A stretch of 64,000 nucleotides of DNA from Lama glama. Taxonomy: Eukaryota. The notes under the pieces were generated by a model. It did no database searches and had not been told where the DNA came from. It worked only from the letters and a program-made list of their open reading frames with translations. The position numbers were made by a program, and so were the translations under genes. This document shows, piece after piece, positions 25,520-38,284 of the stretch. The number at the start of each line of letters is the position of its first letter. The first letter of the stretch is position 1. The stretch covers positions 89,592,001 through 89,656,000 of the forward strand of contig CM052816.1 in NCBI GenBank assembly GCA_028534125.1. Reading direction: 5' to 3'.

Positions 25520-25815
25520 AGACCGTTATGTTTGATCAATTTGACCCATTCTCCTGGAATTTTCCAACTTGAGATACATGATTCAATGATGAAGCAAAGA
25601 GAACAGAAGTTCATTGTTTGTAGTTGAGATTCCTTCATGGGATTTCTGAGTAATTTTTATGAATCATCCTAAGAAAGTTCTGATGTTGCTCTCCGCTAAT
25701 CCTGGCTCACTGTTCTCTCTTTGAAATACTTGACATTCTTCTATCCAATCGTTTTTCTGTACAAGTTAGTCTGAGCACGTTTCCATTGCTTGCAACTAAA
25801 AACTTTAACTCATAT
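25520..25815 (+). mobile_element. Old MLT1 (I/J/K-like) LTR 3' part
   Basis: AAGTTAGTCTGAGCACGTTTCCATTGCTTGCAACTAAAAAC, a typical MLT1 end. Confidence 0.55.
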
Positions 25816-26479
25816 GCTATTACAAACTAAATGATTAGTGTTTATTAATTTAAAACACTTGATACATATGAAAATTCAAATTCTTGTGTCATGTTGAAAA
25901 ATATAAAATTACATTTAAATGATGATCATTTTGAGTGAAAACATGTGCATTATATAAAATGTGAACATCATCTGGCCTCGTTTCTACTTCCAGTCAGATA
26001 AAAACATACTGAATTATCTTAACATTTTAATTATCATGATTAGAAATTTCCATAAGGATGTAAAAACATAATTTACAATTTATTATTCCTGCTTCCTGGG
26101 TGGGTACATTGTCTATATTGTATAATCTATATATTGAATAATGTAATTGTGGTGAATGTTTGAGCAACTAACGTGAGTGATTTGAGAATAGGTATAGTAG
26201 AAGCAGAGGGAGCAGATACAAATAAAAAGTTACAATATATTAGATGTGAAAATGACTAAGTTAGGAAATAGGTGGACTAGTTTTTATTATAAAAAGCTAT
26301 AGCAGATGTATAGTCTTGATTAAAAATAAAAAAATTGACTAGACTTTATCATATATCATAAAAATGTCTTAAAGACGTTTTGAAGATTTCAAATCAATTT
26401 TTTGTCCTCTAACAATGACAAGGAAATGAAATACATATGTTAATAGATAAAAAAGTCCTCCAAAATGTCTTCAAATCAA

Positions 26480-26946
26480 TCTTCAAATAGATCAGTCAAT
26501 CTAAGAAAGAAGTGGGAAATATTTTTTGAGCCAAGTTTGGGATTATGACCTGGGAACAGCATCTCAGAAAGCTCTGAGAACTGTTCTGCCCGTTAAAAGT
26601 GAAAGCACAGTTATATAAATTTTTTGAGACAAGGGACTGTACATTCAATGACATATTATTGGCAGTTTACATAATCCAGATCTGAGAGTACAAAGTGGCA
26701 GATCGTTATGACCTCTTGCAAGATCAAGAAGGGATGTCTTCTCTTAAGGAGTTGTCTGCTTGATGCCAGGAGAAATGGTGCTCTTTGCGGAGTACAGGAA
26801 TTTCTGCCGTTGGGGAGGTCTGGTTGATGCATACCACAGACATACCATGCACAGTAGCAGGGTGACAGGAAGCCCAAGGGCAGAGAAAAATTTTTCATGT
26901 TTAAAATTTTTCTTATCTTGCCAGAAAATATGAATTTTATTTCATA
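26480..26946 (-). mobile_element. Solo ERV1-class LTR
   Basis: AATATTTTTTGAGCCAA...GGGAACAGCATCTCAGAAAGCTCTGAGAACTGTTC...ATATGAATTTTATTTCATA; left boundary approximate. Confidence 0.75.
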
Positions 26947-27071
26947 GGAAAATATTTTGTACTATATGATTTAATCTTTACAGTAATCCTTTGACATAAA
27001 CAATCAAAATACATATGTAACCTATACTTAGCATACTACAATTTACATAGAACATTTCTTGTACTGCAGCA

Positions 27072-27405
27072 ATTTTTTTCAATTGAAATATAGTCAGTTA
27101 CAATGGATCAACTCTGGTGTACAGCATAATGTCCCAGTCATACATATAAACATTTATTTGTTTTTGTGTTCTTTTTCATTAAGATTATTACAAGATATTG
27201 AATATGGTTCCCTGTGTTATACAGAAGAAATGTTTTTTAAATCTGTTTTTATATATAATAGTTAATATTTTCAAATCTCAAATTCCCAAATTTATCTTTT
27301 CCCACCACTTTGCCACCAGTAACCATGACTGTTTACTATGTCTGTGAGTCTGTTTCTGTTTTGTACATGAGTTCATTAGTGTCTTCTTTTTTCTTTTTTT
27401 AAATT
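27072..27405 (-). mobile_element. L1 3' end
   Basis: TTGAAATATAGTCAGTTACAATG...TACAGCATAATGTCCCAGTCATAC...TATGTCTGTGAGTCTGTTTCTGTTTTGTA. Confidence 0.9.
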
Positions 27406-28639
27406 TATTGTGGCATTTGCTACCAACTTCTTCCTTGCTCCTCTCTTTGCAATGCACACACTGGTGAAATTTATTTTACTTGAAATTTTCCAAAAACAGT
27501 ATGTTGACCCATCCTCCTATACTTTTGCTCATGTGGTTCACTGTAACATGACTATTCATCACTGTTCTATTCCAGCCCCAAAATGTAGTTCATCCTTTAA
27601 GGCTTTGTTCAGGCAGAAGTGGATTACCCTCCTATTTTTCCAATACTTGTTGGGTATGCAAACCTAGTGAAATACTTCTTTGTTGAGTTAATCAGGTTAA
27701 AGACAAGGTATAAATTTTATTTTGTATTGCATCTGTTAGATTCTAGGTCATTAGGCAATAATTTCAAGTAAGCCAAGCTTCAGTTCCTGAGTTCACTTCT
27801 GGAGTTTTGTTCTGTAAACTTTATTTTTAATACTGTTAATTTATTGCTTCTTATTATATGTTCCCATAGGATTTTCACCTCTATTTTAGCACAGAACAGA
27901 TATTATTGTAAATATTTATTTATATACATCTCATAGCCAGCAGACTAAGTGTTCTAAAGAAGAAAGATCTCAAAATGTAAAAAGTAAAAAGTACAAATCT
28001 TGCTGCTTGCCTGCTTAACTCTATAAATTATGTACATTATGTATTTATAAAGAAGTGAGAGATGTCACGAAATATATTTGAAAAGTGTAGCTTGGGAACT
28101 TGGAGCAAAATTCAGAATGTTGACTGTCATTTTCACATAACTCGAAAGGAGTATCTTCCAGATATCCATGCTATAAAATGTATAAACTAGAATTTTAGAT
28201 TTTATAAAATATAAAATTCATGGATATAAAGCATATAAAATGTAGACTTAGTGAATATAGATTTTTTAGTTGACCTCTGGACCACATGCTAGTTCATCTC
28301 TAAGTTGAAATCATTTATAATACATAAGAACCCGATTTTTTTCCATATTGTATCACCTTTTATTCATAACGCTCTAGCCATACATGGAGAAAGGGAGGTT
28401 AGCACATTTTTCTCTTTGTAATTTTTAATAATCATTTCTTATATCTTTTTGCATGATATCGTAAAAGAACAAATAATTCTAGGATGAGTCAAAGGTACCA
28501 GTGCATCTTGCAAAAATAAGAAACAGCAGCTGTTCCCATAGATATGTACCTAAAACATCATTGGAATCAATCTTGGAAATGACTGATCTTTATAATCATC
28601 TATCCAGATCTTATATCTTCTTGTAAAAATCAACAATTT

Positions 28640-28780
28640 ACTTGACTACCCAGAATAATGACCACATTTCCTAGTCTTCCTTGCAACTAGGTATGACTAG
28701 CTGACCTAAGTCTTGGCCAGTAGAATGTAAACAGAAGTCATTACGTGATAAATTTTAGCATCTATTAAGGGAACTATTCT
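28640..28780 (+). mobile_element. MLT1 (H/I/J-like) LTR fragment
   Basis: CACATTTCCTAGTCTTCCTTGCAACTAGG...AAGTCTTGGCCAGTAGAATGTAAACAGAAGT. Confidence 0.65.
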
Positions 28781-28859
28781 TCCCCCAGTGAGATAGTCTC
28801 AGGCACACACGTATTTGAAAAGTTCTGTTCACTTAAATTTTTGTAAAAGTAAATGAGAT

Positions 28860-29000
28860 AAAATCCATTTGGTGAGCATTCAAGTTTCAACCATATGTCA
28901 GGGACTGTGACAGTTTCAGGGAATACAGGTTGAACAAATTATGGTCCCAACCTTCAAAGAGCTCACGGTCCAGAGGAAATCTGCTGAATGCTATGGCAGA
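28860..29000 (-). mobile_element. L2 3'-end fragment
   Basis: ATGTCAGGGACTGTG...GGAATACAG...TGGTCCCAACCTTCAAAGAGCTCACGGTCCAG. Confidence 0.65.
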
Positions 29001-29769
29001 GATGGCCATGGCCAAGGTGTCTAGGTCACTGTAAAGCACTCTCTCCAAGGTGACTCCGGTAATCCATGTCTTCTTGGTGGTGTTAATCAGATACTGTACT
29101 ATAACTGCTATATTCTCTCTGATTCAGTTTTCAACAAAAATGTAGTCTTTAAATTATTTTTTTCTTTGCAGACCATAAGAGCCTGCTATTAATGCACAAT
29201 TCAGGCAGCTCTAAATGACGAAAGTAATTTGCAGTACATTAAATAGAAAAATATATTTTAAGGGTATTGTATATTGAAGAGAACCAATGGTTCAAAGTTC
29301 TTCAACAGTCCTGGATCCAAAACAGATGACCAATTGTCAAATACAGAAATCTCAGCCAGTATTTTATACATTGCAAAAAGAAGCACTAATTTTTTCGTAA
29401 GGTAGAGAAGGGTTTATATATCATTCAAGTATGAAACGATTTTTATGTCTTTTGAACCTAAAATATCACCTGTCTGTCAACACTACTGAAGAGGAAGAAA
29501 TTATACAAAGTAGAAAATCAAAAGCGAATTTCTTATTGCTTTAAAAAATATTTCCTTCTGCTTCAATGTTTGCGTCTCATCTCCTCTGTTTAGTAATAAA
29601 AAAACCCTATTTTTATATTGTATATTTCAATATCTAAACTGATATTTTAATATTTTGATTATAATATTATGAGATTGTGTTGTGAGATTTTCAAGAATAT
29701 GTGCCAGAGATTTAGTCATGTATGTATAAATGATAACCACAAATAATTATTGAATCATATTACAAATGA

Positions 29770-30095
29770 AACACTATTTATAGGATTGTAGGCATAAGAT
29801 TCCCTGGTCCTGGAGGGAAAGAATTGTTAAATGGGGGAGATGTGGTATAAGAGTCAATCTGACCCTAGGCTGAGCCTCAGCCTGTTGGAGGCAACTAGCA
29901 GCACAGGCTGGGAGTAAACTGGCCTCATCTCCTGCTTGGATACCCTTTGGCCAAACACAGTCAGAAACCAGAGGCTAACAAAGTTCAAAGGCGCAGTGCT
30001 CACAGGTCAGAATCTCAGAGCAGAGAGCAGGATGGAGAAGGGGGAGAGGGTGAGGGAAGGTAGCTCTAGAAAAGAATATGTAAGATCTCCTGCAC
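29770..30095 (-). mobile_element. LTR33-like ERVL LTR
   Basis: TTGGCCAAACACAGTCAGAAACCAGAGG...AGGTCAG...AGAGCAGGATGGAGAAGGG. Confidence 0.7.
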
Positions 30096-31955
30096 TACGG
30101 TCACTGAGTGTCTAGCGAATTAAAGATGGAAGAAGGAAGAGATTCGCAGCTATTCGGCTGTTGGCTAAGCAGTTAGAAGTCATAAAATATCTGGGTTAAA
30201 TCAAAAGGCATAGTTATCTTAAAATCAATATATCAAAGTATCAAATGTCTTTTTCCTTTTCTCTTTTTTTCTTTCTGTGTTTTTGTTTTTGCTTTTGTTT
30301 TTTTAAGCAAGCATGTCATTGGGAAGGGGACCACTCACGCATGTTCCTAAAGCCATCAAGGTTCTTGTCACTTATGGACGTTACTCCACCACTGCCCAGC
30401 CATATAATAACCAGTTCAAAATCTACCTAAAGAAAGAATTTTTCTCAAAGTTACAGTATAATGTAAATAATACTTAGAAGACTGGGCCACTTGTCCATGG
30501 GGTTCAGTGCACCTTAGTGTCTGGGCATGGTGGTGAATTAATTAGGGCTACATTCTAACTCAAGTATGGCTTACTATGCCCTGGTGTGGGTCATGCCAGA
30601 GGGAGCACCGTTTTGATTTGTTCAAAGATGCAATTCCCTTCTTCCCATAATAATAAAGAGAACACTTTTTAATATGCAAGAAAGTATAAATAACAGAGAC
30701 TAGCAGAGATCTTTCCAGGAGATACTCAAGAATGAATGAAAAATCTGTAAGGAAAGCCAGATGTAGGCTTGGAGAGAATTCTGCCTGTTACAATGGTAAA
30801 GGAATAGGTGGATTTACAATGTCTGAAGCCGGCAAGGCAGAGAAACTAGGTTCTCACTTGTGAATGGAGCACTTACTTATGTTACCTAACATCTCCAGCA
30901 GACAAATATAAAACACCTTAAAAAAAACCATTGTATCAGTTCCTGAAATTAAAGATAAGAGAAACTGTAATATAAGAAAATGAAAATATTTTCTACCCAA
31001 GTCTAAGCTCCCCATCTTAAGGCCAAGCAAAAAGAAATGAGAGCAATGATGTGAGACTCTGATGGAGTCAGGTTATTACTTCTTCCAAAGCTCTGGGTTA
31101 TTTATAATCAAAAACAACATCTACACAGAGATGAAAAAAAACAAATCAGTCAATCGTATGCCTGGGAAGATAGGGCACAACTGTTCTATTTGAGATAGTC
31201 TTAATGATGTGGAAAACTACGAGGTAAAGCTTTTCTGATTTCTGTTTATTATTAATTCATTCTAATATATTCCTTTTCAGTAATCTGTAGATGAGTTCAT
31301 TTCATGCTTAAATCTCCCACAATCTACTGGTCACAGGCTTATTTATAAACTATATTTTGTTTTTTACTTAATCAAAAACAGATTAAGAGAACATAAAATA
31401 CAAGATACCTGAAGACATTCAGCCCACACTTCTGCTTTCTAAGCCTCATTTTCAAGACACTAACTTGAAAAAAGAAATCTCTTCCTAGAACTAAAAGTTA
31501 TTTTCCAATCATTTATCATTTACATTATTATTTAATCATATGTTGACATTTAAGAATTTTATATTGAGTTAAAAATCAACTCAGTAAACTATAAATTGAA
31601 TTAAACCACTGTACTTGATTAAAAAGCAAACTTGTCACCATTTGAAAGTTACTTCAGAAAACATCTTAGTTTCTTAACTGCATGATAAGGCTACAAATTG
31701 AAAAATGAAAAGAAAAATTGGAGAAGTGTATTTTTAATGGTTATTTTTGAGTTACCTTTAATTTTTAGATACATTTCATCCGTTTTAATAAGTCTTTCCT
31801 AAATTTCCTACATTGAAAGTTAGAATTCATAACATTTTTATCTTGGTTATTGATCTTAATTCATAGTTAAGAAATGAAATATTTAATAAAATGAAGGTAG
31901 AAAGAATATAGAAAGTATTTGCAGCAACTCGTCTCCAAAAATACGACTTTTCTAG

Positions 31956-32331
31956 TGTTACAAACAAGACAACCGGCCCAAAGTGGTGTCACTTACGCTA
32001 ACCCCCATCATCAAATTGAGATTTGACTTAATTACAGTTTCAGATCTCCCAGAAATTAAATCTTTAAGCAATCAATTGGGAATCACCTGCTTAGCACTAG
32101 TTAATCTGCCTCTTAGACCCTCTGCCATCCTCTGAAAGAAAGTGATCTTGCAATAATAAACCTGCTTTTTCGGCTAACATAACTTCCTTATTTCTGCTCT
32201 CTCCTGCTTAGAAAAAATTTTCATTTTACACAGCCCCTCCAGGTTGTTTTTTATCTTCTAGAATGAAGGCTGCCAGATTTTTGCTCAAATAAACTTAAAA
32301 TTTTTAATATGGATCAGTTTCCCTTTTAACA
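31956..32331 (+). mobile_element. Solo ERV1 LTR (MER34-like), complete
   Basis: TGTTA...TAACA termini; 4-bp TSD CTAG (31952-31955) / CTGG (32332-32335); TTGCTCAAATAAAC poly(A) signal. Confidence 0.85.
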
Positions 32332-32559
32332 CTGGTTCAATGAAATTGACCTAAATTTATGATATTTTTCATTATTTTAAAGGAGCAGCACACCACATCA
32401 GTAAAACATGAGTTGGAATTTGATCAACATGAAGCCTACATATTAAATCACCACTACCACCAAGAAAATGACTAAAAACAAAAACTTTGGAGATAAAACT
32501 TTAAGTATTAGAGGCACATTTAATAAATGGGAAAATAAGACTAAGAATAGAAACATTCA

Positions 32560-32770
32560 TAGAATTAAAGGTAGTATGTTATAAACGCTGGGAGAGACTA
32601 TGCACTTTGAACATGTTTGGTGGGAGAGGTTTATATTAGTTGGCATAATCAAGGAAGGCTTCATGAAGAAATTAAGATTGACTTAAATTTTGGAGAATAG
32701 ATAGCAAAAACGATAGAAAAATGAAATGGGAAAGAAGCGGATGTGTGAATTATAAGTTCTGCAGTTAGAG
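32560..32770 (-). mobile_element. L2 fragment
   Basis: ATCAAGGAAGGCTTCATGAAGAA...TTTGGAGAATAGATAG. Confidence 0.55.
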
Positions 32771-32899
32771 TGATGGGAATTCTTTTTCAGGTAATGAGGA
32801 CCCACCACATACAGAAGGTGAGTTATTTACTTTCCTTCCCTAAGAGTCGACGGAGAAAGATGCCCACAGTCAGATCCAATCACCACAGAATCTATTAGC

Positions 32900-34200
32900 A
32901 AATAAAAAAAAGAGGCATGTCCAACTGATAATAATTAAAGACTTTCGTAAAACTGATGCCAAAAAAAGAGCTGTTTCAAACTAAATCCAGAGACAGTGTA
33001 ACACCTAAGAAATGATAGTAAAATAAATGGATAAAATAATTTAAATATAATTAATGTATTGAAAAAAGTTCACAATAAATCAATATAGATACATGGAATT
33101 AGATATTTGGAAATCTATATAATTTTTAAAATTTAAAAAAATGATGGAACACACTGGCTTAAACATAGGAACAAGCATAGAAAGAGAAAAATTGTGAGCT
33201 GGTAAAATATAAGGACAGGAATTTCATAGAAATTGGGAAAACAACAATTTTTGATAAAAATTTGGCCTTCTCTAGCAAAACTGAAGATGCTCATTGCACA
33301 CGGAAGCTAGGTATTAGAATATGTACAGCAAGTTTGTTTATAAGAACAAAGCACTTGAACCAAGAGCTTTATATAAATACACCAATTGTGGAGATTCATA
33401 AAATGCTGAGTGCAGCAACACAAAACATTTTAAGTGGAAAATACAAGTTAATCCAATAAACATACAAACTTATTCATCTGAATTCTAACAACACTCAAAA
33501 GTAAGCAATATAAACTTGAAAATAGATACATATTTGTTAAAAGTAAAGAGAAAATTAAAAGTCTGATTAATAGACAGTTCAAGGGAGTGGTTATTACCGA
33601 GGGTGGATGAATGAAATCAGATAGTAGTAATCAGGAAATTTCAAAATTTTTAGTAACATTTCTTTTCTTATTCTGAGTTGTGGACATGGTATGTTCAGTT
33701 AATGAAGCAAACATGGATCTGTAAAAGATAAACTTTTACATATTCAATGTACATCAAGAGATACCTAAAGCAAATAAAAACAAAATAGTGAACTGAAGAA
33801 TATACTTATGAGGTGTATGAAGATGAATTTTAATAAGATATGCAAACTGAATAAAAAAATGGGTGAATGAACTGGAAATTAAGAATAAAATCATTCGAGT
33901 GTCTAATGATTGGGAGAAAATTGTCCATATTCCTACGTCTAAGGAAAACAAAATAATGAAACAAAGAGATATATTTTCTTCTATGAAAAAATGAAAAAAA
34001 AACCTGACTTCTTGCAGTAATATGGGAAAAGGAGGAATAAATATAAAACAAGAAAGCAATTTGGGGAAGCTATTTAGTATTATTTCATTAAATTATAAAT
34101 CCACCAAATATTAGATCCTATAATCTCACAGAATCAAATCTAAAGAAATAAATATCCTGGGTTATAAAAAAATGAGATACAGTTTATTGTGCTTTTTTTT
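32900..34200 (+). mobile_element. Ancient L1ME-like fragments
   Basis: A-rich sequence with AATTTGGCCTTCTCTAGCAAAACTGAAGATGC, TTCAAGGGAGTGGTTA and GCAATTTGGGGAAGCTATTTAGTA. Confidence 0.55.
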
Positions 34201-34751
34201 AGATTGCAGATTCTGGAATCCAATACTTGCTATTTGTTTGTCTTTGGAAAACTTACTTCTGCATTTCTCAGTTCTCCTATCTATTAAATAATTGTGGTTC
34301 TTGTGAAAGATTTAGACAGCATTACAGTTTTGTTGAAAACAATATCTACACATGTATTTAAGATATACATTAGGTTGTTAATGTTGATCATAGAAAATAA
34401 TCAAGCAAAATAATCAACACAGATCTACCTGTTGAATGATATGATTGTGATCCGTTATTTTTGAAAAATTTCCTTTAGATTGCTACTTTTCTTTCATTTA
34501 ATCTATAATTTATTGATACATAGTAATCTTTTGTTTCCTGGATCTTTTCTTTCACATCTCAGTCTAACCAAGTCAATATATGGTTTAAGTTCTACTTACA
34601 TAACTTCTTTAAGAAAGATTTCTCTGATTGTTCATCTAGTGTTTTTTCTTTCTTTTTATAACTCATCATTTTAAAAAGAAAACTTTAAAAGAATGCTTCA
34701 GAAATAGGTAAAAAAAGAAAATTGCTACTAACAAACAAATAGTAATGGTCT

Positions 34752-35456
34752 AAAAGTGTGCTGGAACTGACTCATAATGTTTTGTGAGAGTCCCTTGTTA
34801 AATTTTCCGGATTCTGTGTTGATAGGTTGAAATCAGACATAATGGATGTATCTGTGTTCTAAGACTGGGCTAATGAAGTACTCACCAACTGGCAGACTTA
34901 AACAACAAACATGCGATGTCTCACAGTTCTGGGGCTAGGAGTCTGAGATGAGGTTGGTAGGGCCATCGTCCTCTGACGGTGCTGGGAAAGGATGCCTTCC
35001 GGTCTTCTCTCAGGGCCTCCAGTTGTTCTTAGGTTCATGGCAACATAATCTCAATCCTGACATCATGTTCTCCCTGGTACATATCTGTCTCTGAGTCAAA
35101 ATTTTAAAGTAATTTTGGAAAGCCACCTAGCACTGTTTCATTAAATTGTAAATACATTGAACATTAGATTCAGTGATCTCAGTCTTGGGAATCAAAGATT
35201 TTATAAGAACACTTTTTTTTTTTTAAATTACAGTTCACCCTAATGACCTCATTTTCACTTGATTACCTCTGCAAACAATTTATCTCCAATTAAGGCCATA
35301 TTTTGAGGTGCTAGAGGTAAGGACTGCAATGTATCTTTGGAGGGGACACAATTCATCCTTTTACAGTGAGAGTATTTACACAATGAAAATTGGCAAACAG
35401 TACACACAATGGCTTTTCCTTCCCCAAAGCCAGTTAAACTTACCAGCACACTACTA
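34752..35456 (+). mobile_element. MER63A-like hAT-Blackjack DNA transposon, split by MLT1B
   Basis: Inverted termini AGTGTGCTGG (34755-34764) / CCAGCACACT (35443-35452). Internal TTGTTAAATTTTC and TTGAAATC...GAGTATTTACAC...AAATTGGCAAAC. Confidence 0.8.
34847..35365 (-). mobile_element. MLT1B/C-like MaLR LTR nested in MER63
   Basis: TGTA...CTTAAACAACAAAC...TCTCACAGTTCTGGGGCTAGGAGTCTGAGAT...CACCCTAATGACCTCATTTT...GGGGACACAATTCA...ACA. Confidence 0.88.
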
Positions 35457-35789
35457 ATGTGTGTCTTACATCCAATAAACAGACATTATTAAGCATTGGC
35501 TTCCCTCTAGGGAAGAAAATACGAGAAACTGAGAAAGATAAGTATCAAGAATGAAAGCCACTGGACTCATCCTCACATTACTTAGAAGTACACTCTTTGA
35601 AAGTATTGGGGAATCAAATCTCCATAGCTTAAATGATCATCACACAACTCTTATGTACCTAACGACTTTGTATTCTAATGTCAAGGCAATTGTATTTTAT
35701 TTAAAAATATTATAAATTGGTCCCAAATTTCAATAATTTCATTACCTGTTTCTTATTTTGTTTGTTTTGTTCTTCTAACCTTGGATTTT

Positions 35790-36276
35790 GAGACAGAGTA
35801 CTACCAAATTTATTCAGCTTGAAAATAATAATGATAGAAGAGTGAAACAGAATAAATAGAAAAAAGCAGAATGAGTACAGTATACATCAATATAGCAATA
35901 AAGAAGAACATTGCTAATTAGAGTTACATTTGTATGATGAGTGAGTGGTCAAACACTTTTGAACTAAGTGTCAGTTACAAAATAAGTTGCTGGTGTGTAA
36001 GAATCAAAACAACCCCACTCCCACTAAAAAAGATTGTTTCCAGGTCATCACTTGAAAAGATCTCATTTTCTTTGATTCCCTTCAACTTCTGTAGGAGCGA
36101 AAGGTTAAACCTATTAGCATCGATCACGCTAACAAAGGTTGCGTTTTCTAGAGTTCTCCTTGACACATAATGTAGTTAAGCCGGAGGAATACTTTATTTA
36201 TGAAAATATTGCTCATACACTTTCAAAAAGGTCTCCAACTAAGAAGTGATTGACACAAACGCCATTGTTTGTTGAA
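35790..36276 (-). other. Candidate 3'-terminal exon of an unidentified minus-strand gene
   Basis: Strong acceptor TATTCCTTGTATTTCTCTTTGTAG|TTC at 36276, a repeat-free CpG-retaining body, and AATAAA at 36198-36193 and 35814-35809. The longest frame reads xSTNNGVCVNHFLVGDLFESV* (stop 36215-36213). Confidence 0.45.
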
Positions 36277-36539
36277 CTACAAAGAGAAATACAAGGAATA
36301 AAATAAATATTCTCCTGTGGAGAGTGAAATGTAAGTTTGAGCGCAGAGTTTCCTAGTGGGTGGAAAAGAAAAATAAGTCCTCATATGTGTCTCCTTTCTC
36401 ATTTTGTTTCTTCACATCCATGTTTCCATGGATGGTAACCATTTTTTTCCCCATTTATGTAAAAAAAAAGAATATTTTGAAATAAAGCCCCTAGAAATGA
36501 GAGTATGTAAAATGTGTTTGTAAATTTACAAATGGAACA

Positions 36540-36720
36540 AATTATTTATTTATTCCATAAAAACTGAGTAAGCATCTTCTATTTGCCGGGTCCTGCGGTA
36601 GTTCTGCACAGACCAAAATAAACGGGATCATTCTGCCTGTGAGAAACATACCATCAATTTATAAAAATGGAAAATAATCAAATGATCACAATATTATATG
36701 TAAAGAAATAAGTACAGTTA
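36540..36720 (-). mobile_element. L2 3'-end fragment
   Basis: TTTATTTATTCC...AGCATCTTCTATTTGCCGGGTCCTGCG. Confidence 0.5.
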
Positions 36721-38284
36721 AGTACAATCACTTCTATATTTTTAATATATTGAAAGAAACCAAGGACTCAACAGGAAGCAAAGAAGTTTAAAAAAACAGA
36801 TCAGTCTCTTCACTAAGCCAAAAATAAAGATTTCTAGTCTATTAACACAGAGGTGACCATGGTGGCATTTATTCTTCTGAAAAATATTTTAATAAGCAAT
36901 GCTCTATTGAAATGATTTCTCTTGGATACCATTTTAATTCACTCCAGCTTCTCAGTTTTGGATTCTAAAAATCTAACACAAAACTCAATATATTTTATGA
37001 AATGACTCTTTTTCTTCTGGTTAGACTTTTGTCCCCATTTGTAAGAAACAGAGATTCAGGAGTGTTAAGCAAAAGTTGTTTTAAAATCAGGGTATCCATG
37101 CAAGGCAACTGGAAAGCCGTAAGGAGAAAAAGGCATCTCTAGGAAGTAGCTGAGCCCTAGTCTTGTTCTTTTTTAATCTCTCCCCTTCTTTCTCCTCAGT
37201 TTTATGAGATTCTTGCATTTCTTTACCAAAATTGCAATTTCTCCCTTCATTCCCACTTAATTTTCATCTCTTTACTTAGCCTTCCTCTGACATTCATGGG
37301 CTGTGCTTTTCCTGAAGTATGTTTTGCACAAACCTGGAATGGCTGCTCTGACATCTCAAGCTATCAAGACTGTTTTATTCCATCTCTCACTGCCAGGACA
37401 TGCCCCTTTTATATGGCAGGTCAGATTTCAGGAAAAGGAAACCAGACTTATCTAGGCTTTAACTAACCCTTCCATTTTTCAGTATTTCAGCAATATTTCT
37501 AGACTGAACAGTTTCACTATCATGGAATGTCGATCCAGAAACTAGTAGATACATCCCTAATGCAACACTGCAGTGCAATTTTACACCTCTTGCCAACGTA
37601 AGAAAGTACCTACAATACGATTAGCATGGACTTAAAAAATAAAAATTCCAAAACGTGTCTAGGGAACTTCAAACAAGACATGTTTGAGAAAGCCTGCCTT
37701 CTTGTATTTGAAAGATTCTACAAAACCATTAAATCTACCTCGGTGGACTTAAATTTAGAATTAACCAAATTTATTAGGAACTTTTTTTTTTTTTTGGTAC
37801 CAGTTTAGTTAGCTTTGGATAGTATAAACCACTCAGAGAAAAAGGAGTTGTATTAGAATGTCCCGTAACATGTCGAGCATTGTGTCCTAGGTACTTTACT
37901 CTGCTGGTCCTCTCTCTTGTCAAAAAAAGAGACAAACTTGAAGCAAGCTCAGACCATTTCAGCTCCGGGAAGTCACCTCTCTGGTCTAGACTTCTTTTTA
38001 TGCAACAGACTCCACACACATGTCCAGACTCTACCTGCCAGTGAAGCTGCTACTCCTCAATCAAGTGTCCCAGTGAACAATTCTGAAAAACAGATACAAA
38101 CTGATGATTATTACTTGATATTTCTTTCAGTTTACATAATCTGTAATCAGTGCTGCAAGAATGAAAATCCAGTGTCATCCAAGCATTCTGGATCTGGGGG
38201 GCAAACTTCAGACCAACAATTAACCATTTGCCTGAATAGGTTTAAAAATCAGTTGAAACCACTGAATCTGGGATTTCTCTAATG

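Noticed and set aside
29150..29230. Plus-strand acceptor-like TTTTTTTCTTTGCAG at 29171
   Set aside because: No convincing paired donor or open frame; such motifs are common in AT-rich DNA.
35934..36170. 63-aa and 78-aa ORFs on both strands
   Set aside because: They fall in the presumed 3'UTR of the candidate terminal exon and have no recognisable homology.
37781..38082. T16 run as the tail of a third retrocopy
   Set aside because: No matching TSD found at the other end, and only a variant poly(A) signal.
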